The position numbers and the translations under genes are program-made. Positions 1-7,189 of a stretch of DNA of 32,000 nucleotides are shown piece by piece. Position 1 is the first letter of the stretch; each line of letters opens with the position of its first letter. This DNA comes from Patescibacteria group bacterium (lineage in GTDB: Bacteria > Patescibacteriota > UBA1384 > XYA2-FULL-43-10), in contig JBAYVT010000002.1 of the NCBI GenBank assembly GCA_041674405.1, positions 120,001-152,000 of the forward strand. The letters run 5' to 3'. Under the pieces are notes generated by a model that searched no databases, had not been told where the DNA came from, and saw only the letters and a program-made list of their open reading frames with translations.

Positions 1-1037
1 AAAGTCAATGATCCGGACGCACGAGATACTGTGACAATTCCATCTTCGAGCGGCTGGCGCAGGGCTTCAAGAACGTTTCTGGGAAATTCGGGGAATTCAT
101 CCAAAAACAAAACTCCGCGATGGGAAAGAGATATCTCACCTGGTTTTGGCCACTGACCTCCACCAACCATAGCAACTCCTGATGTTGTATGGTGTGGCGC
201 TCGAAACGGACGTTTTGTTATCAATGTTTTTGCTCCACTAGTCATGCCGGAAACTGAATAGATTTTTGTTACTTCTAGCATCTCCTCGTTTGCCATATCT
301 GGCAAAATACTCGGGAGCGATCTTGCAAGTAATGTTTTACCCGATCCGGGAGGACCGGATAAGAGAATATTGTGATTGCCCGAAGCGGCAATCTCCATCG
401 CCCTTTTCGCTTGTTCTTGTCCGGCGATATAAGCAAAATCCAATTCATATTTGATAGTTTTTTCTTCAGTAGGCGCTGATCTTTGATATCTATTGATTAT
501 TTCTTCACTCCGAAGATGTTTAATCAATTTCGCTAAGCTTTCTACAGGAATAATCTCAATTCCTTGAACAAGGGCCGCTTCCTCCGCATTTACTTCGGGG
601 ACATAAATTCGATCAAATCCAGACTCTTTGGCATACATTGCTATCGGGAGAATCCCATTTACATGCCGAAGCCTACCGTCTAGTGCTAACTCTCCGACAA
701 ACAGCGCTTGGTTGTATTCGGGAACGTGTTGCAGCTGCTCTGATGCCAAAAGAATCCCTACCGCCATTGGCAGGTCAAAGCTCGGACCCTCTTTTTTCAT
801 GTCGGCAGGCGCCAGATTTACCGTCAGACGATGTTGGGGGAAGGGTAAGTGGCAATTTTTGATCGCCGAGCGAATCCGCTCCTTGCTTTCATCGATGGCC
901 TTATCCGGAAGTCCCACAATAGTAAAAGAGGGCAGTCCTGCTCCGATGTCGACTTCCACCTCGATCGGATAGCATTCCAAACCCATCGTCGTTGCCGATA
1001 GAACACGCGCAACTTTATTCAAATCCCCTCCCTGCAT
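1..1037 (-). CDS. comM: Mg-chelatase-like AAA+ protein, YifB/ComM family (C-terminal part lies beyond the left window edge)
   Basis: The minus-strand frame stays open to position 1. Translation reads ..[55 protein letters not shown].., then Walker [14 protein letters not shown], then ..[43 protein letters not shown]. That is the YifB/ComM pattern. The start is ATG at 1037, or TTG at 1022 directly after GGAGGGG. Confidence 0.85.
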   Translation of the reverse strand, partial: MQGGDLNKVARVLSATTMGLECYPIEVEVDIGAGLPSFTIVGLPDKAIDESKERIRSAIKNCHLPFPQHRLTVNLAPADMKKEGPSFDLPMAVGILLASEQLQHVPEYNQALFVGELALDGRLRHVNGILPIAMYAKESGFDRIYVPEVNAEEAALVQGIEIIPVESLAKLIKHLRSEEIINRYQRSAPTEEKTIKYELDFAYIAGQEQAKRAMEIAASGNHNILLSGPPGSGKTLLARSLPSILPDMANEEMLEVTKIYSVSGMTSGAKTLITKRPFRAPHHTTSGVAMVGGGQWPKPGEISLSHRGVLFLDEFPEFPRNVLEALRQPLEDGIVTVSRASGSLT

Positions 1038-1133
1038 TTCAGTTCTTAGCCTCTTAGTCCCAAAAGGCCCCTTTGAGTTATTAGTTTTAACTAACTTAAT
1101 TGTAGAGTAAAATATCGTCTTTTAAAACCACTT

Positions 1134-1160
1134 GACCCGCCCCGAGCTTCGGGGCGGGTC
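1134..1160 (-). terminator. GC-rich hairpin downstream of the small ORF 1181-1315
   Basis: GACCCGCCCCG-agctt-CGGGGCGGGTC forms a perfect 11-bp stem. On the minus strand it is followed by AAGTGGTTTTAAAAG, so the U-run is short and offset. Confidence 0.5.
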
Positions 1161-1180
1161 TCCAGATCTTCTTCCGACCG

Positions 1181-1315
1181 CTAGATGCGGCTCTCTGCCG
1201 TGTCGCAAGCGTCGCGGTACTCCTGGCAGGTGTACCCCGGATGACGCTCGCCGCACTCGCCGCAGACCTGTCCCTCTTCGGCTGCTTCTCTCTCTTTCTC
1301 CGCAAGTTCGCTCAT
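1181..1315 (-). CDS. Hypothetical 44-aa acidic Cys-rich protein (MSELAEKEREAAEEGQVCGECGERHPGYTCQEYRDACDTAESRI)
   Basis: Hand-translated; it is below the 60-aa cutoff of the ORF track. ATG is preceded by acaGGAGGTcaag. It has CxxC plus two further Cys, lies in a GC-rich island and is followed by the hairpin at 1134-1160. Confidence 0.45.
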   Translation of the reverse strand: MSELAEKEREAAEEGQVCGECGERHPGYTCQEYRDACDTAESRI

Positions 1316-1344
1316 CTTGACCTCCTGTGTAATGGCTGCAGGAT

Positions 1345-1572
1345 TCATCCGTGTGCGACTACCGGCTCAAAGGCCAGCATTACTTGAGAAAACGGCGACC
1401 TGGGTTGTTTGGTCGCCTTGTTGGAATCGAGGGCCCTGCGACTGCGTTTGCAGAGCCAGCATCGGTCAGAAAACCCATGATCACTCATGAATCCTCCCCG
1501 ACCATCGCAAACCGGGCACATATAGCAATCACCAGCCCTTTCACATCGGGGATAATACCAAAATTTAAGCAT
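1345..1572 (-). CDS. Hypothetical 75-aa Cys-rich protein (CYMCPVCDGRGG resembles a CxxCxGxG zinc-finger unit; a second CWLC follows)
   Basis: ORF from the track, in the GC-rich island. There is no clear SD at the ATG at 1572. An internal ATG at 1488 (MSDHGFSD...) is preceded by GGGGAGGA, so the true start is ambiguous. It lies 29 nt upstream of ORF 1181-1315. Confidence 0.35.
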   Translation of the reverse strand: MLKFWYYPRCERAGDCYMCPVCDGRGGFMSDHGFSDRCWLCKRSRRALDSNKATKQPRSPFSQVMLAFEPVVAHG

Positions 1573-1583
1573 TTAGACAATTG

Positions 1584-1608
1584 AAAAAGGCCCTCTTAAG
1601 GCCTTTTT
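1584..1608 (-). terminator. Intrinsic terminator after CDS 1629-2324
   Basis: aaaaaGGCC-ctcttaa-GGCCttttt, with A- and T-runs on the two sides. It sits 20 nt past the stop of the upstream minus-strand gene. Confidence 0.6.
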
Positions 1609-1628
1609 CAATTTATTAGACTTACTAT

Positions 1629-2324
1629 TTAGTTCGTGAACTGGAATGAACTTACCATATTATCGATGGCAGTATCATGAACACCATGGGAATCATCATT
1701 TTTCCAAACTATTTGATATCCCCGGCCACCATGATTCAAATATATAGATGTAGAATATGTCCCGTCCAGAAGAGAAGGTTCGTTCTCTGTAACCTTCCAG
1801 CCTGTTGCCCCAGCTAGAGTTATGTCGGATACCGTCTGTTCCTGGCCAGCAGATGTTATTTGGCTTAAGCCAAATTCCTCATCAACCACAGATATCATAA
1901 AATAAGGGATAGGCATCTCAGAATTCGCCCTATATGTGTTATCTGCCACCCTGTCCTTATTTACAATCACATAAATATCTTTTTTGACTTGCTGCCCAGA
2001 TTGGGAATCATACAGATAATCGATAAGCTGAAAAGCACTTTGGTATTTGAAGCTGTATCCATAAGTCTTGTTTGTATAGGTCGTAAGATTATTCGAGGAA
2101 GATGAGGAACTTGAACTAGATACTGAAGTACTGGACGAGCTAGTAGAACTTTCACTATCTGCATCAACCTTTTTCTGCAAATCAGAGATCTGGCTTTTGA
2201 GATTATTTTTATCTTTCGTCCATTTGGAATTCAAATAATAATACCCACCAGCGCCAAGGCCTGCCATGATGAGAACGGTAATAAGTATGATCCAAATTGC
2301 TGCCAAACCATTAGATCGTCGCAT
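1629..2324 (-). CDS. Hypothetical membrane-anchored protein with a Ser-rich linker
   Basis: 231-aa ORF. It has an N-terminal hydrophobic segment (LAAIWIILITVLIMAGLGAGGYYY), then a poly-Ser/Thr linker, then a globular C-terminal region. I recognise no family. Confidence 0.7.
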   Translation of the reverse strand: MRRSNGLAAIWIILITVLIMAGLGAGGYYYLNSKWTKDKNNLKSQISDLQKKVDADSESSTSSSSTSVSSSSSSSSSNNLTTYTNKTYGYSFKYQSAFQLIDYLYDSQSGQQVKKDIYVIVNKDRVADNTYRANSEMPIPYFMISVVDEEFGLSQITSAGQEQTVSDITLAGATGWKVTENEPSLLDGTYSTSIYLNHGGRGYQIVWKNDDSHGVHDTAIDNMVSSFQFTN

Positions 2325-2399
2325 GCTCCTCCTTTTTTAGTAAGTAGAAAGTAGTCCGTAGTCCTTAGATAAATCCTGACTTAAATATTATAGAACAAA

Positions 2400-3335
2400 T
2401 TATTCTTTAAGAAAATCGTCGATAACTCCAAACACATCATTTTTATTTTTTGCCCAAATAATTTCCGAAAACCTTCGGAACCAAGTGAGCTGCCTTCTGG
2501 CGTATTGATGAATTTTCCATTTCATATTCTGTTTTATGACTTCAAAATCTTTTTGATCTTTATCAATATAATTGGCTAATATCTTGTATTCCAACCCGAT
2601 CTTTTCGAACCATGAGAGAGAAACTCCCTTTTCCATTAGATTTGAGACTTCCTCATAAAAGCCCTCCGCAAACCATTCGTCGACCCGCTTATCTATTCTC
2701 GAATACAATTCCTCCCGCGGGTAATCGATAGCAATTTGTAGGACAACAAAATCCGGTTTGATTTTTGTCGGTGCTGTGCCTTCTTGCGCCTTCTCGATCG
2801 CCCTAATTAACCTTCGAGGATTCTGAACGTCAAGCCCATGGTCATTAGTCCGTAGCCCGTAGTAAATTTTCTGCAATTCTTCGAGCGACATCGAATTTAA
2901 TTGTTCCCGGGAAATTTTCGCTTGATTCTTGATTCTTGATTCTTCCGACCTCGGCTCGAGCCTCGGCCGAGACGGGTGATCCTTGATTTCAAATCCCTCA
3001 ATTAAAGCTTGAACGTAAAGCCCCGTTCCTCCGACAATTACCGGCAGTTTGCCGCGGGCAAAAATGCCTTCGATAACTTCGCGGGCACGTGATAGCCAAT
3101 CAAACATTGAAAATTCTTCACCAGGATCGCAAATATCGATGAGGTGATATTTGATATTGCCATATTCGGAGAGATCTTTACCGGTCCCAATATCGAGTCC
3201 GCGAAAAACTTGTCTCGAATCTGCCGAGACTATTTCGCCGTCATATTTTTTGGCAATTGCAACTCCTAGGCCTGTTTTTCCAGTAGCTGTCGGCCCGACA
3301 ATTGCCACAATTTTCTGCACATTTTCCATTTGCAT
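2400..3335 (-). CDS. miaA: tRNA dimethylallyltransferase
   Basis: IVAIVGPTATGKTGLG P-loop, SADSRQVFRGLDIGTGK, VIVGGTGLY and RQLTWFRR are typical MiaA motifs. I place the start at MQMENVQK (ATG 3335, after tAAGGAcc). The 74-codon GC-rich N-terminal extension in the track ORF is rejected. Confidence 0.9.
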   Translation of the reverse strand: MQMENVQKIVAIVGPTATGKTGLGVAIAKKYDGEIVSADSRQVFRGLDIGTGKDLSEYGNIKYHLIDICDPGEEFSMFDWLSRAREVIEGIFARGKLPVIVGGTGLYVQALIEGFEIKDHPSRPRLEPRSEESRIKNQAKISREQLNSMSLEELQKIYYGLRTNDHGLDVQNPRRLIRAIEKAQEGTAPTKIKPDFVVLQIAIDYPREELYSRIDKRVDEWFAEGFYEEVSNLMEKGVSLSWFEKIGLEYKILANYIDKDQKDFEVIKQNMKWKIHQYARRQLTWFRRFSEIIWAKNKNDVFGVIDDFLKE

Positions 3336-3411
3336 GGTCCTTAGCAATAATTTGGGCGCGCACGTCACATGACGCACGCGCCGGCTGTCTCGCCCAGTTC
3401 TCACCCTCCCA

Positions 3412-3564
3412 CTAGCTCTCGCTGCCTTCAACATCAGTCCCCCTGTACCTTGACCTTCCACACTGAAGGCAATTACCATCCGGATCCGGAGGTCGAGTGT
3501 CCCCGCAGTGAGGGCACTTGAACTCCTGCACTTCCGCGGTACCAACTTCCAGATCAACAGCCAT
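3412..3564 (-). CDS. Hypothetical 50-aa zinc-ribbon protein (MAVDLEVGTAEVQEFKCPHCGDTRPPDPDGNCLQCGRSRYRGTDVEGSES)
   Basis: Hand-translated; not in the track. A strong SD GAAGGAGGTG lies 6 nt before the ATG. CPHC-x12-CLQC is a zinc-ribbon spacing. It is in a GC-rich island, in a different frame from the miaA extension. Confidence 0.5.
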   Translation of the reverse strand: MAVDLEVGTAEVQEFKCPHCGDTRPPDPDGNCLQCGRSRYRGTDVEGSES

Positions 3565-3586
3565 TTATGGCACCTCCTTCGCCTAT

Positions 3587-3618
3587 CTTATATACCACAA
3601 ATTAGCCTCGCCTTCCAA
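3587..3618 (-). promoter_or_regulatory. Sigma70-like promoter for the small zinc-ribbon ORF
   Basis: The minus strand reads TTGGAA-(about 18 nt)-TGgTATATAAG, about 25 nt upstream of the ATG at 3564. Confidence 0.4.
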
Positions 3619-3660
3619 TGTGTTGCACAATGCCTTAATTTCAAATTACAATACATAAGC

Positions 3661-4383
3661 ATGATTAAGATATCGCATGTCACAAAAAAGTACGGCAAAG
3701 AGATTATCGTCGACGATCTTTCTCTCTCGATAAAAGAGGGGACGATTTTCGGTTTTTTGGGCCCGAACGGAGCAGGGAAGACGACTACGCTCAAAATTAT
3801 ACTCAGTCTCATCAAGGACTATGACGGCATTATTACGATCGGCGGCGAGATGACCATGGACGCAAAAACAAAAGAAAAAATTGGTTTTATGCCAGAAGAC
3901 CCCTACTTCTATGACCATCTGACCGGTTTGGAATTCCTGAAATTCTGTGGTGAACTTTTCAATTATTCGAGAGAGAAAAATAACGGATATTATCTGAATA
4001 TTCTAGACCAAGTCGGGCTGTACGATGCAAGAAGCATGATGGTGAGAAATTATTCCAAGGGCATGAAGCAGCGTCTCGGCCTCGCGCAAGCCCTCGTAAA
4101 TGATCCAGATTATATTTTTCTCGATGAACCGCTCGACGGGCTTGACCCAATCGGCCGCGCCGATATCAAAAATATCATCAAAGGTTTGAAAAAACGAAAA
4201 AAAACAGTCTTTTTTTCCTCACACATCCTCTCGGATATCGAAGAGTTATGCGATGAAATCGGCATAATTAATAAAGGAAAATTATTATATTCCGGCTCGG
4301 TGAAAAAATTCTGCCGTGGTAGCGCATTTGAAGAAAAATTTGTCGAGGTTATAAAAAATGAAAAACGTACTGGCAATCGCTAA
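3661..4383 (+). CDS. ABC transporter ATP-binding protein (ABC-2 type)
   Basis: Walker A GPNGAGKTT, signature YSKGMKQRL, Walker B YIFLDEPLDGLD, H-loop SSHIL. The start is set at MIKISHV (ATG 3661). The upstream 51 codons of the track ORF overlap the divergent promoter region and are rejected. Confidence 0.9.
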   Translation: MIKISHVTKKYGKEIIVDDLSLSIKEGTIFGFLGPNGAGKTTTLKIILSLIKDYDGIITIGGEMTMDAKTKEKIGFMPEDPYFYDHLTGLEFLKFCGELFNYSREKNNGYYLNILDQVGLYDARSMMVRNYSKGMKQRLGLAQALVNDPDYIFLDEPLDGLDPIGRADIKNIIKGLKKRKKTVFFSSHILSDIEELCDEIGIINKGKLLYSGSVKKFCRGSAFEEKFVEVIKNEKRTGNR

Positions 4384-5119
4384 AAATACATTCCGCGAGA
4401 CCATCCGTGATCGGATTCTTTATTCGATTTTGATATTCGGCATGCTTTTCATCATCTCAACTATTTTTTTAGGTTCAATTTCACTCGGCGAAGATCTAAA
4501 AATAATTCGCGATCTGGGACTTGCCGGAATTTATATCTTCGGTTTGATTATCACGATTTTTCTCGGAACATCACTCATCTATAAGGAGATTGAAGGAAGA
4601 ACGCTTTATATCGTTTTTTCGAAGCCGGTTGGAGCAGCCCAATATATCTTGGGCAAATTTCTCGGACTTTTCACATCCGTGGTTCTAACTATTTTGATCA
4701 TGTCGGTGCTTTATCTTGCAATTGTCGCGGCAAAAGGCGGAGGATTTGATTATTTCGGTCTCGCCGCGATTGGCATGCAGATTTTAGAACTTGCAGTTTT
4801 TATTGCGCTTTCGATCCTATTTTCAACCTTTTCGACTCCACTAGCCTCAACTCTCTACGCGATTTTGCTTCTTTTCATTGGCCATTCACTACCGATGATA
4901 TTAAAATATGCTTTAAAATCGAGCGTGCTTTTCAAATATTTCGCATATGCGATTTACTACATTCTGCCCAACCTCGAGAAGTTCAATCTTAGAAACATTG
5001 CCGTGCACGGAATTTTGCCGAACGGTTTGGCTGTCTTTTCTGCTGTAGCTTATGGTGTAGTTTATACGATAATAATTCTCGCAATCGCAAATTATTCCCT
5101 GTCCAAACAGGAGGTTTAA
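4358..5119 (+). CDS. ABC-2 family transporter permease
   Basis: 253 aa with about six hydrophobic segments. It overlaps the ATPase gene by 26 nt, and GAGG lies 8 nt upstream of the ATG. Confidence 0.8.
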   Translation: MKNVLAIAKNTFRETIRDRILYSILIFGMLFIISTIFLGSISLGEDLKIIRDLGLAGIYIFGLIITIFLGTSLIYKEIEGRTLYIVFSKPVGAAQYILGKFLGLFTSVVLTILIMSVLYLAIVAAKGGGFDYFGLAAIGMQILELAVFIALSILFSTFSTPLASTLYAILLLFIGHSLPMILKYALKSSVLFKYFAYAIYYILPNLEKFNLRNIAVHGILPNGLAVFSAVAYGVVYTIIILAIANYSLSKQEV

Positions 5120-5122
5120 CCA

Positions 5123-5187
5123 GAATCAAGAATCAGGTATTAAGAATTAAGCTCACTGCTTGATACTTGATACATGATACTTAATAC
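5123..5187. repeat. Inverted arrays of four 7-nt units (GAATCAA GAATCAG GTATTAA GAATTAA / loop / reverse complements)
   Basis: The 29-nt arms 5123-5151 and 5159-5187 pair with 22 Watson-Crick, 2 G-T and 5 mismatched positions (hand count) around a 7-nt loop. The ATG at 5174 lies inside the 3' arm. Confidence 0.6.
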
Positions 5188-5992
5188 AATAAAAAATAAA
5201 TCCTTTTTAAAGATGATTATTTTCATCCTTTTATCCGTCTTGGTTATTGCGACCCAGATTTTTTCCGATGGAGCAAAGGCGGAAACGAAAAAGCCCTCCC
5301 CTCTTGTCATGCCGGCAAAAGTTATCGAATTTGTTGATTTAGGATTAAAAAATGCCGCCGCAGATTTAAATTGGCTAGCTTCCATACAATATTTTGGCGA
5401 TTGGCAAGATGATGATTATGCGAAACTCACCGCTTATATAAAAGCGACAAACGAACTAGATCCGAAATTCTCCTACCCCTATGCTTTTGGCGCCATAATT
5501 TTACCCGGACTGGGCAAAACTAACGATGCTATCGCGATCGCCAAAGACGGGATAGCTAACTCCGACCCGGACTACCGCATCCCCTATTATCTTGCCGTTA
5601 CTTATTTCTTGAACAAGCAAGACTATGCAAACGCAGCATATTATTTCGATGTTGCCGCAAGGACAGCCGGCGCACCGGATAACGTAAAAGCAATATCTGC
5701 AAGTTTCAATTCCCGGCCGGATCTTAGAGCACAATCAATCGCTATTTGGACTTCGATTTTTGAAAATTCGAACGATGAAGTTATTCAAGAACGCGCGAAA
5801 GCTTACATCATACATTATGAAATTCTAAACATTCTCGAAGTTGCTGCGGAAGAGTACAAAAATAAGACCGGAAATTATCCGGCAAATATCGAAGACTTAG
5901 TGACTGCAAAAATTCTTACAGCAGTGCCAAAAGATCCTTTTGGGTTTACATACCTTATAGACAACGACGGCAGAGCTAGAATAAATCAATAA
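5174..5992 (+). CDS. Hypothetical N-terminally anchored protein, helical-repeat (TPR-like) appearance
   Basis: 272-aa ORF with an N-terminal K-rich stretch plus TM (MIIFILLSVLVIATQIF). The rest is rich in Y/A/D helical stretches. It follows the ABC pair. An alternative in-frame start is at 5213. Confidence 0.6.
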   Translation: MILNTIKNKSFLKMIIFILLSVLVIATQIFSDGAKAETKKPSPLVMPAKVIEFVDLGLKNAAADLNWLASIQYFGDWQDDDYAKLTAYIKATNELDPKFSYPYAFGAIILPGLGKTNDAIAIAKDGIANSDPDYRIPYYLAVTYFLNKQDYANAAYYFDVAARTAGAPDNVKAISASFNSRPDLRAQSIAIWTSIFENSNDEVIQERAKAYIIHYEILNILEVAAEEYKNKTGNYPANIEDLVTAKILTAVPKDPFGFTYLIDNDGRARINQ

Positions 5993-6175
5993 TTACTCTT
6001 CTTTCTTGTCGTCCTTGTGCTCCTCTTCCCGCTTTCTCTGCACTCTTTGGATTTCGAAAACCGATTTTCCCGAAACTGGCATATCTTCCTCGCGCTCTTT
6101 CTCCGCTTCTTCGAAGAGCTCATCCTCTAAATTTTCGAGATCCTCATCGGTGTAATTTGTAAGATTTCCGCTCAT
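5993..6175 (-). CDS. Hypothetical 60-aa highly acidic/charged protein
   Basis: Track ORF. TATAAT (6187-6182, minus strand) lies 6 nt before the ATG, which suggests a leaderless mRNA. No homology recognised. Confidence 0.4.
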   Translation of the reverse strand: MSGNLTNYTDEDLENLEDELFEEAEKEREEDMPVSGKSVFEIQRVQRKREEEHKDDKKEE

Positions 6176-6216
6176 GGTTCAATTATATCGAATGTTTCGT
6201 AAAATTTTAATGTGGC

Positions 6217-6240
6217 CGCCTGCTCGCCATCGGGCAGGCG
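6217..6240 (-). terminator. GC-rich hairpin after ORF 6245-6472
   Basis: CGCCTGC(tcg)-ccat-(cgg)GCAGGCG gives about 10 pairs including one G-T and a tetraloop. On the minus strand it is followed by ..ATTAAAATTTTAC. Confidence 0.4.
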
Positions 6241-6244
6241 CGGC

Positions 6245-6472
6245 TCACTGGTTTCCGGCTAGCACTTTCGCACCCAAATCTCGAAGCTCAATAAACAACT
6301 CCTCAGCTTCGCTCGAGAGCATAGCAGTAAGATCCGCAAGATCAATCTTGTCGAGAAGTTCAGAGGCCTTGAGGGAAAACTGCCTTTTTTGACCCTCGTG
6401 TACCCCTGCGTCTTCCGCATTTAGATTGAAATTGCTCACGTACCGCATTACGTCATCAGTCGTCGACGGCAT
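6245..6472 (-). CDS. Hypothetical 75-aa protein
   Basis: Track ORF. SD GGAAGGGGG lies 6 nt before the ATG, and a TTGTGT-N18-CATAAT promoter-like element lies upstream. It looks more GC-rich than its neighbours and is followed by a GC hairpin. Confidence 0.45.
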   Translation of the reverse strand: MPSTTDDVMRYVSNFNLNAEDAGVHEGQKRQFSLKASELLDKIDLADLTAMLSSEAEELFIELRDLGAKVLAGNQ

Positions 6473-6547
6473 GGCCTTGCCCCCTTCCTAGAAGTCAGTA
6501 CTCAATTCGTAGCACAAGAATTATGAAAATTCTATGAATTTCTACAC

Positions 6548-6580
6548 AAAAAAAATCAGGCAATGCCTGACTTGTTTTTT
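6548..6580 (-). terminator. Intrinsic terminator after the HD-domain gene
   Basis: The minus strand reads aaaaaacaagTCAGGcattgCCTGAtttttttt: a short stem followed by a T8 run, starting about 10 nt after the stop at 6591. Confidence 0.55.
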
Positions 6581-6590
6581 GAATCAATAA

Positions 6591-7184
6591 TTAGAGCTCT
6601 ATGTTGCTTGCGATTTGTTTCATTGAATCGAGGCAAATCTCGATGAATTTATCTACGGGAATGTTGAGACCATCCGCTTTCTCGCACATTGAGACTTCAT
6701 CTCGTCTCGTACCAGCTGCAAATCTTGGTTCTTTGTGAAACCTTTTTGTGACAGATTTTAGCTTCACTTCATCCAACTTTTTTGATGGATAAACGAGAGC
6801 GACCGCGGTAATCAAGCCCGTTAGGCTGTCGGCACAGAAAATCGCCCACTCTGCTTTACTCTCCGGATAGATTTTAGTTAACTCCGGACCGTGCGCTTTC
6901 ACAATCCGGTCGACTTTATCCGAAATCTCAAGCTTATATTTTGCAAGGACCTCGCGCGTTTTATGCGGATGATCAGCTTTATTTTCTTCAGAGTAATCAA
7001 TGTCGTGGATTAGCCCAGCAAGAGCCCACTCATCGCGATCATCATCCGCTCCTAGTTTGTTTTGCTCTTTTAAATAATCAAAAATCCCGCCCATGCAGGC
7101 TTCAAGCGCCAGAGAATGATAAAAAATATTGGTTTCAAGCTCCGCCCTTATCGCCTCCAAATATTTTTGCCTATCATAGGTCAT
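6591..7184 (-). CDS. HD-domain phosphohydrolase
   Basis: 197 aa. It has H..(HSLALEA) and the AGLIHDIDY HD dyad with a downstream KAHGPE, which is the HD superfamily pattern. Confidence 0.8.
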   Translation of the reverse strand: MTYDRQKYLEAIRAELETNIFYHSLALEACMGGIFDYLKEQNKLGADDDRDEWALAGLIHDIDYSEENKADHPHKTREVLAKYKLEISDKVDRIVKAHGPELTKIYPESKAEWAIFCADSLTGLITAVALVYPSKKLDEVKLKSVTKRFHKEPRFAAGTRRDEVSMCEKADGLNIPVDKFIEICLDSMKQIASNIEL

Positions 7185-7189
7185 TTCTT

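Noticed and set aside
1023-1133. Possible mobile-element boundary or att site between comM and the first GC island
   Set aside because: No integrase or transposase is present, and no direct repeats flank the island that I could find. Only the AT-rich short repeat (TTTGAGTTATTAGTTTTAAC) is present, and that is reported separately.
3336-3557. 74-codon N-terminal extension of the miaA ORF in the six-frame track
   Set aside because: The extension is GC-rich, unlike the rest of the gene, and has no MiaA-like sequence. The conserved P-loop follows shortly after the internal MQMENVQK start, which has an AAGGA SD. The same DNA is better explained by the SD-preceded zinc-ribbon ORF in another frame.
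3508-3660. 51-codon N-terminal extension of the ABC ATPase ORF
   Set aside because: ABC ATPases begin a few residues before the first beta-strand (MIKISHVTKKYG). The extension overlaps the divergent promoter region and the opposite-strand small ORF.
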